Below are positions 61,001-64,000 of a stretch of DNA of 64,000 nt, in pieces; within the stretch, counting starts at the first letter, position 1; every line of letters starts with the position of its first letter. The notes below the pieces were generated by a model. It ran no database searches. It saw only the letters and a program-made list of their open reading frames with translations, and was not told where the DNA came from. The position numbers were made by a program, and so were the translations under genes. The stretch comes from Octopus bimaculoides (Eukaryota), in contig NC_068990.1 of assembly GCF_001194135.2 (NCBI RefSeq), positions 4,046,953-4,110,952 of the forward strand, written 5' to 3'.

Positions 61001-64000
61001 CCAATATGTATACATATGACAGTAACCTCCCCTTCTATCACCTTCCCTAAGTAAATCAAACTATAGAAATTTTGACTAATAATAATTTCAAGAGGAAAAA
61101 AAAACCTCATTATCATACTGAAACTCAAGATGGAAACAATAATCTTTAGATCTTCAGACAAATGCTTTCTCAAAGGAGCTATTTAATCCATTTACTGTAG
61201 AAAACAGATATATATTTACTCAAAACTCCATTACCCTAAACTGCAGAAAGCAGTTATTGAAACCAATCTATCTTTTCTTCAAGAATGTCATGTTTGAAAC
61301 TATTTTTTCTTGTGATAAGTCAACTGTATTGGAGCAACATGACCTGCAGAAAATACCGATTTAATTTTGCAGTAAACGGGTTAACTAATTGTAAATAGCC
61401 TCATGCTTTGTAATAATAATTATTTACAGTCATTGAAATGAGAAAAATTTGCTAATGTATAATAAACAAAATACATTAAATAATCCTTTCTACCACAGGC
61501 ACAAGGCCTGAAATTGGGTGGGAGGAAGGAGCTAGTTGATAACATCGACTCCAATATGCAACTGGTACTTATTTTGACCCCCAAGTGGATGAAAGGCAAA
61601 GTTGACCTCAGTAGAATTTGGGCTCAGAATGCAAAGACAGGTGAAATGCCGCTAAGCATTTTACCTGGTGGGCCAACGATTTTGCCAGCTCACTGCTATA
61701 AAATACATTAGATAATGGTTTCAAATTTTGGCAAAAGGGCAGCAAGTTTGGGGGCAGAGTTAAGTCAATTACTTTGCTCCCCCAGTGCTCAAATGGTACT
61801 AATTCTATCAATCTTGAAAGGATGAACGGCAAAGTCGACTTCAGTGAAATTTGAACTCAGAACGTAAAGATAGCTGAAATGCCACTCGCTAAGCATTTTA
61901 CCCAGCAAGCTAATGATTCTGCCAGCTTGCTGCTATAAAATACATTATGGATAAAACTCCAGAGGATAAAAATCATTCCAAATTAAAAATGAATCAGAAT
62001 TATAGCGTTTGTGTTGTCTTTAAACAATATTGTTACATGATTTAGATTTATCTAATGGCACAGATATATTGGAATTTTTCTCTAATACTCTTCTTAACAC
62101 TCAAACGTCAAATGCCATCAGATATGTTAGGGTTTGGTAAACACACACAACTATTTGGTTGTCACTTGACCAGCTGAAAATAGTAGCTGAACCTCTCAAA
62201 AATCTTACTCTTAAATAATGATTATAGTAAAACAGAGTTCTTGATATACAAAGATGTCACAATAGGTAAGTTTAATTAGCAAGTGTAAAAGCAATAAAAT
62301 TATGGATAAACACAAAAATTGAAATTCTTAATACATCTTACCTATTTGACTTTTTACTAAAATTATCCCAGATAACAACCAACAATAATTTTCAAAATGA
62401 GGTACATTAATTTGAATTAATTAAAACACAGGTATAATCAGTAGAAGATTTCATTCTTTTGGTAAATATTTCGTACCTCAGTGTGGAATAATTTTTTCCA
62501 CAGATTTTTTCGGGTACATTCAATGTATTTGACCACCAAACCCATCGCAAGCCACATTTTCCAGAAAAGAAATGTGGGAGGGATAATGGGGACCTCAAAC
62601 TTTCCCACCAAGGAAGTTTTGTTTCACGGGTCTTTTTTTCTTTTCCAGATTATTTTGCATGCTTTGAATGAATGTGACATCGAAATCACGCATAAACAGC
62701 TCCTTTTTCCAGAAAAGGAAAAATTTGGCTGGTATTCCTAGCATGCCCTGCTACCACATAACAGCTATTTGCATAGACACCAAAATATTTACCAACTTAT
62801 TTCCTCCCATTTATTTTTTGCACTTTATGGAAGTTGATATTTTTTCTCTGTTGACATCCACCTCAGTGATGTCCTGGATCAAGTGGAAGCATCAATCACT
62901 GTTCCCTTTTGACAGGACAAAGAAATTTCCCACTGTTTTTGCAAGCAACAAGCAGGTGGATTCGGTTTCAAAATACAGACAGGGCCAAACAAGGTCCTAC
63001 AAGTTATTTATGATAATAAGTAGCGTTATATCAGGGTTGAAAGGATGACGTGTACAAGACTAAATATGCTTAGACAATCTGAAAACAATAGAAACTTTTA
63101 AACGATTACTGGCTTTTATGAAATATGGGGTTTCATTTTGGAGTTAACAGAAGGTAAATGTAACGGATGTTAATTAGTCCAATAATGATTTTCAAAGTTA
63201 CCTTCGATAATGAAAATGTTAACTTTGTTAATTAACGATTAACGGACTAATGGATTTACGCCCAGCTCTGTATATGTATATATATATATATATATATATG
63301 TTCATACATACATACATATACAGTGTTTTGCTAAATGTTTTACTAAACCCCGTCCTTATCTTTTATCTTTTACTTGTCTCAGTCATTGAGTCAGCAATAG
63401 TGGTACACTGCCTTGAAGGGTTTAGTCAAACAAATCAACTCCAGTGCTTATTCTTAAAGTCTGGTACTTATTCTAATAGTTTCCTTTGCCAAACTGCTCT
63501 GTTACAGGGATGTAAACAAACCAACTCAAGTCAAGGAGGAGGACAAACACATGCACACACACACATACATACATATACACATACACAATGAGCTTCTTTC
63601 AGTTTCCATCTACCAAATCCACTCACAAGGATTTGGTTGGCCCAAGGCTATAGTTGAAGACATGTTCAAGGTGCTATGCAGTAGGACCTTGTGGTTGAGA
63701 AGCAAACTTCTTACCACAAAGCCACTCCTGCACTTTCAAAAACTTAATTAAACTGACTGCTAATTGAAACATGTAGGGAATAGCCTACCCATTAGAACTA
63801 TAACTATGAAAGGGTTAATAAAGGAGTGCATGAAAAAAACACAGTAGCACTGGTTATAAATGAAGATGGGTGTGTGACTGGGCAAGGATCTCAAATACAG
63901 TTCTTGAGCTCTCAGCCTGTAGGTCAACACATCATCACATTAGCTTATACAGTTCATGTTTGACACTTACATAATGTATGATTATATATATGTATATATA

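Noticed and set aside
1-64000. CRISPR arrays or prokaryotic operon-like systems
   Set aside because: Spliceosomal gene structure and eukaryotic repeats throughout; the recurring sequences are dispersed SINEs, not repeat-spacer arrays.

Overview
Eukaryotic, AT-rich, microsatellite- and SINE-dense animal DNA with eight N-gaps. The repeat landscape suggests a coleoid cephalopod, probably Octopus (inference). Most ORF-track entries are microsatellite or gap artefacts. The window holds the 5' part of one minus-strand EGFR/ErbB-family receptor gene. I reconstructed nine coding exons by hand, all with GT-AG boundaries and compatible phases: join(complement 59053-59149, 31609-31968, 26830-26961, 25397-25480, 24998-25119, 10389-10527, 7868-7984, 6491-6596, 1773-1934). 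This is 1319 nt, about 439 aa, covering signal peptide, L1, furin-like Cys-rich domain II and the first part of L2; the rest of the gene lies left of base 1. The domain II dimerization arm is atypical: the YNPTTY motif is replaced by a basic RNNRKRMR stretch. The introns contain at least four SINE families, piggyBac-like MITEs, and fossils of RTE, R4/Dong-like, HERO-like, mariner and Penelope-like elements. The most unusual non-coding signal is a set of short hammerhead-ribozyme-like motifs of the minimal Penelope type. Two of them sit in a head-to-head inverted pair of composite elements (tRNA-like head + (AAT)n + hammerhead module) at about 39.8-40.35 kb, which would fold into a ~250-bp hairpin in EGFR intron 1.
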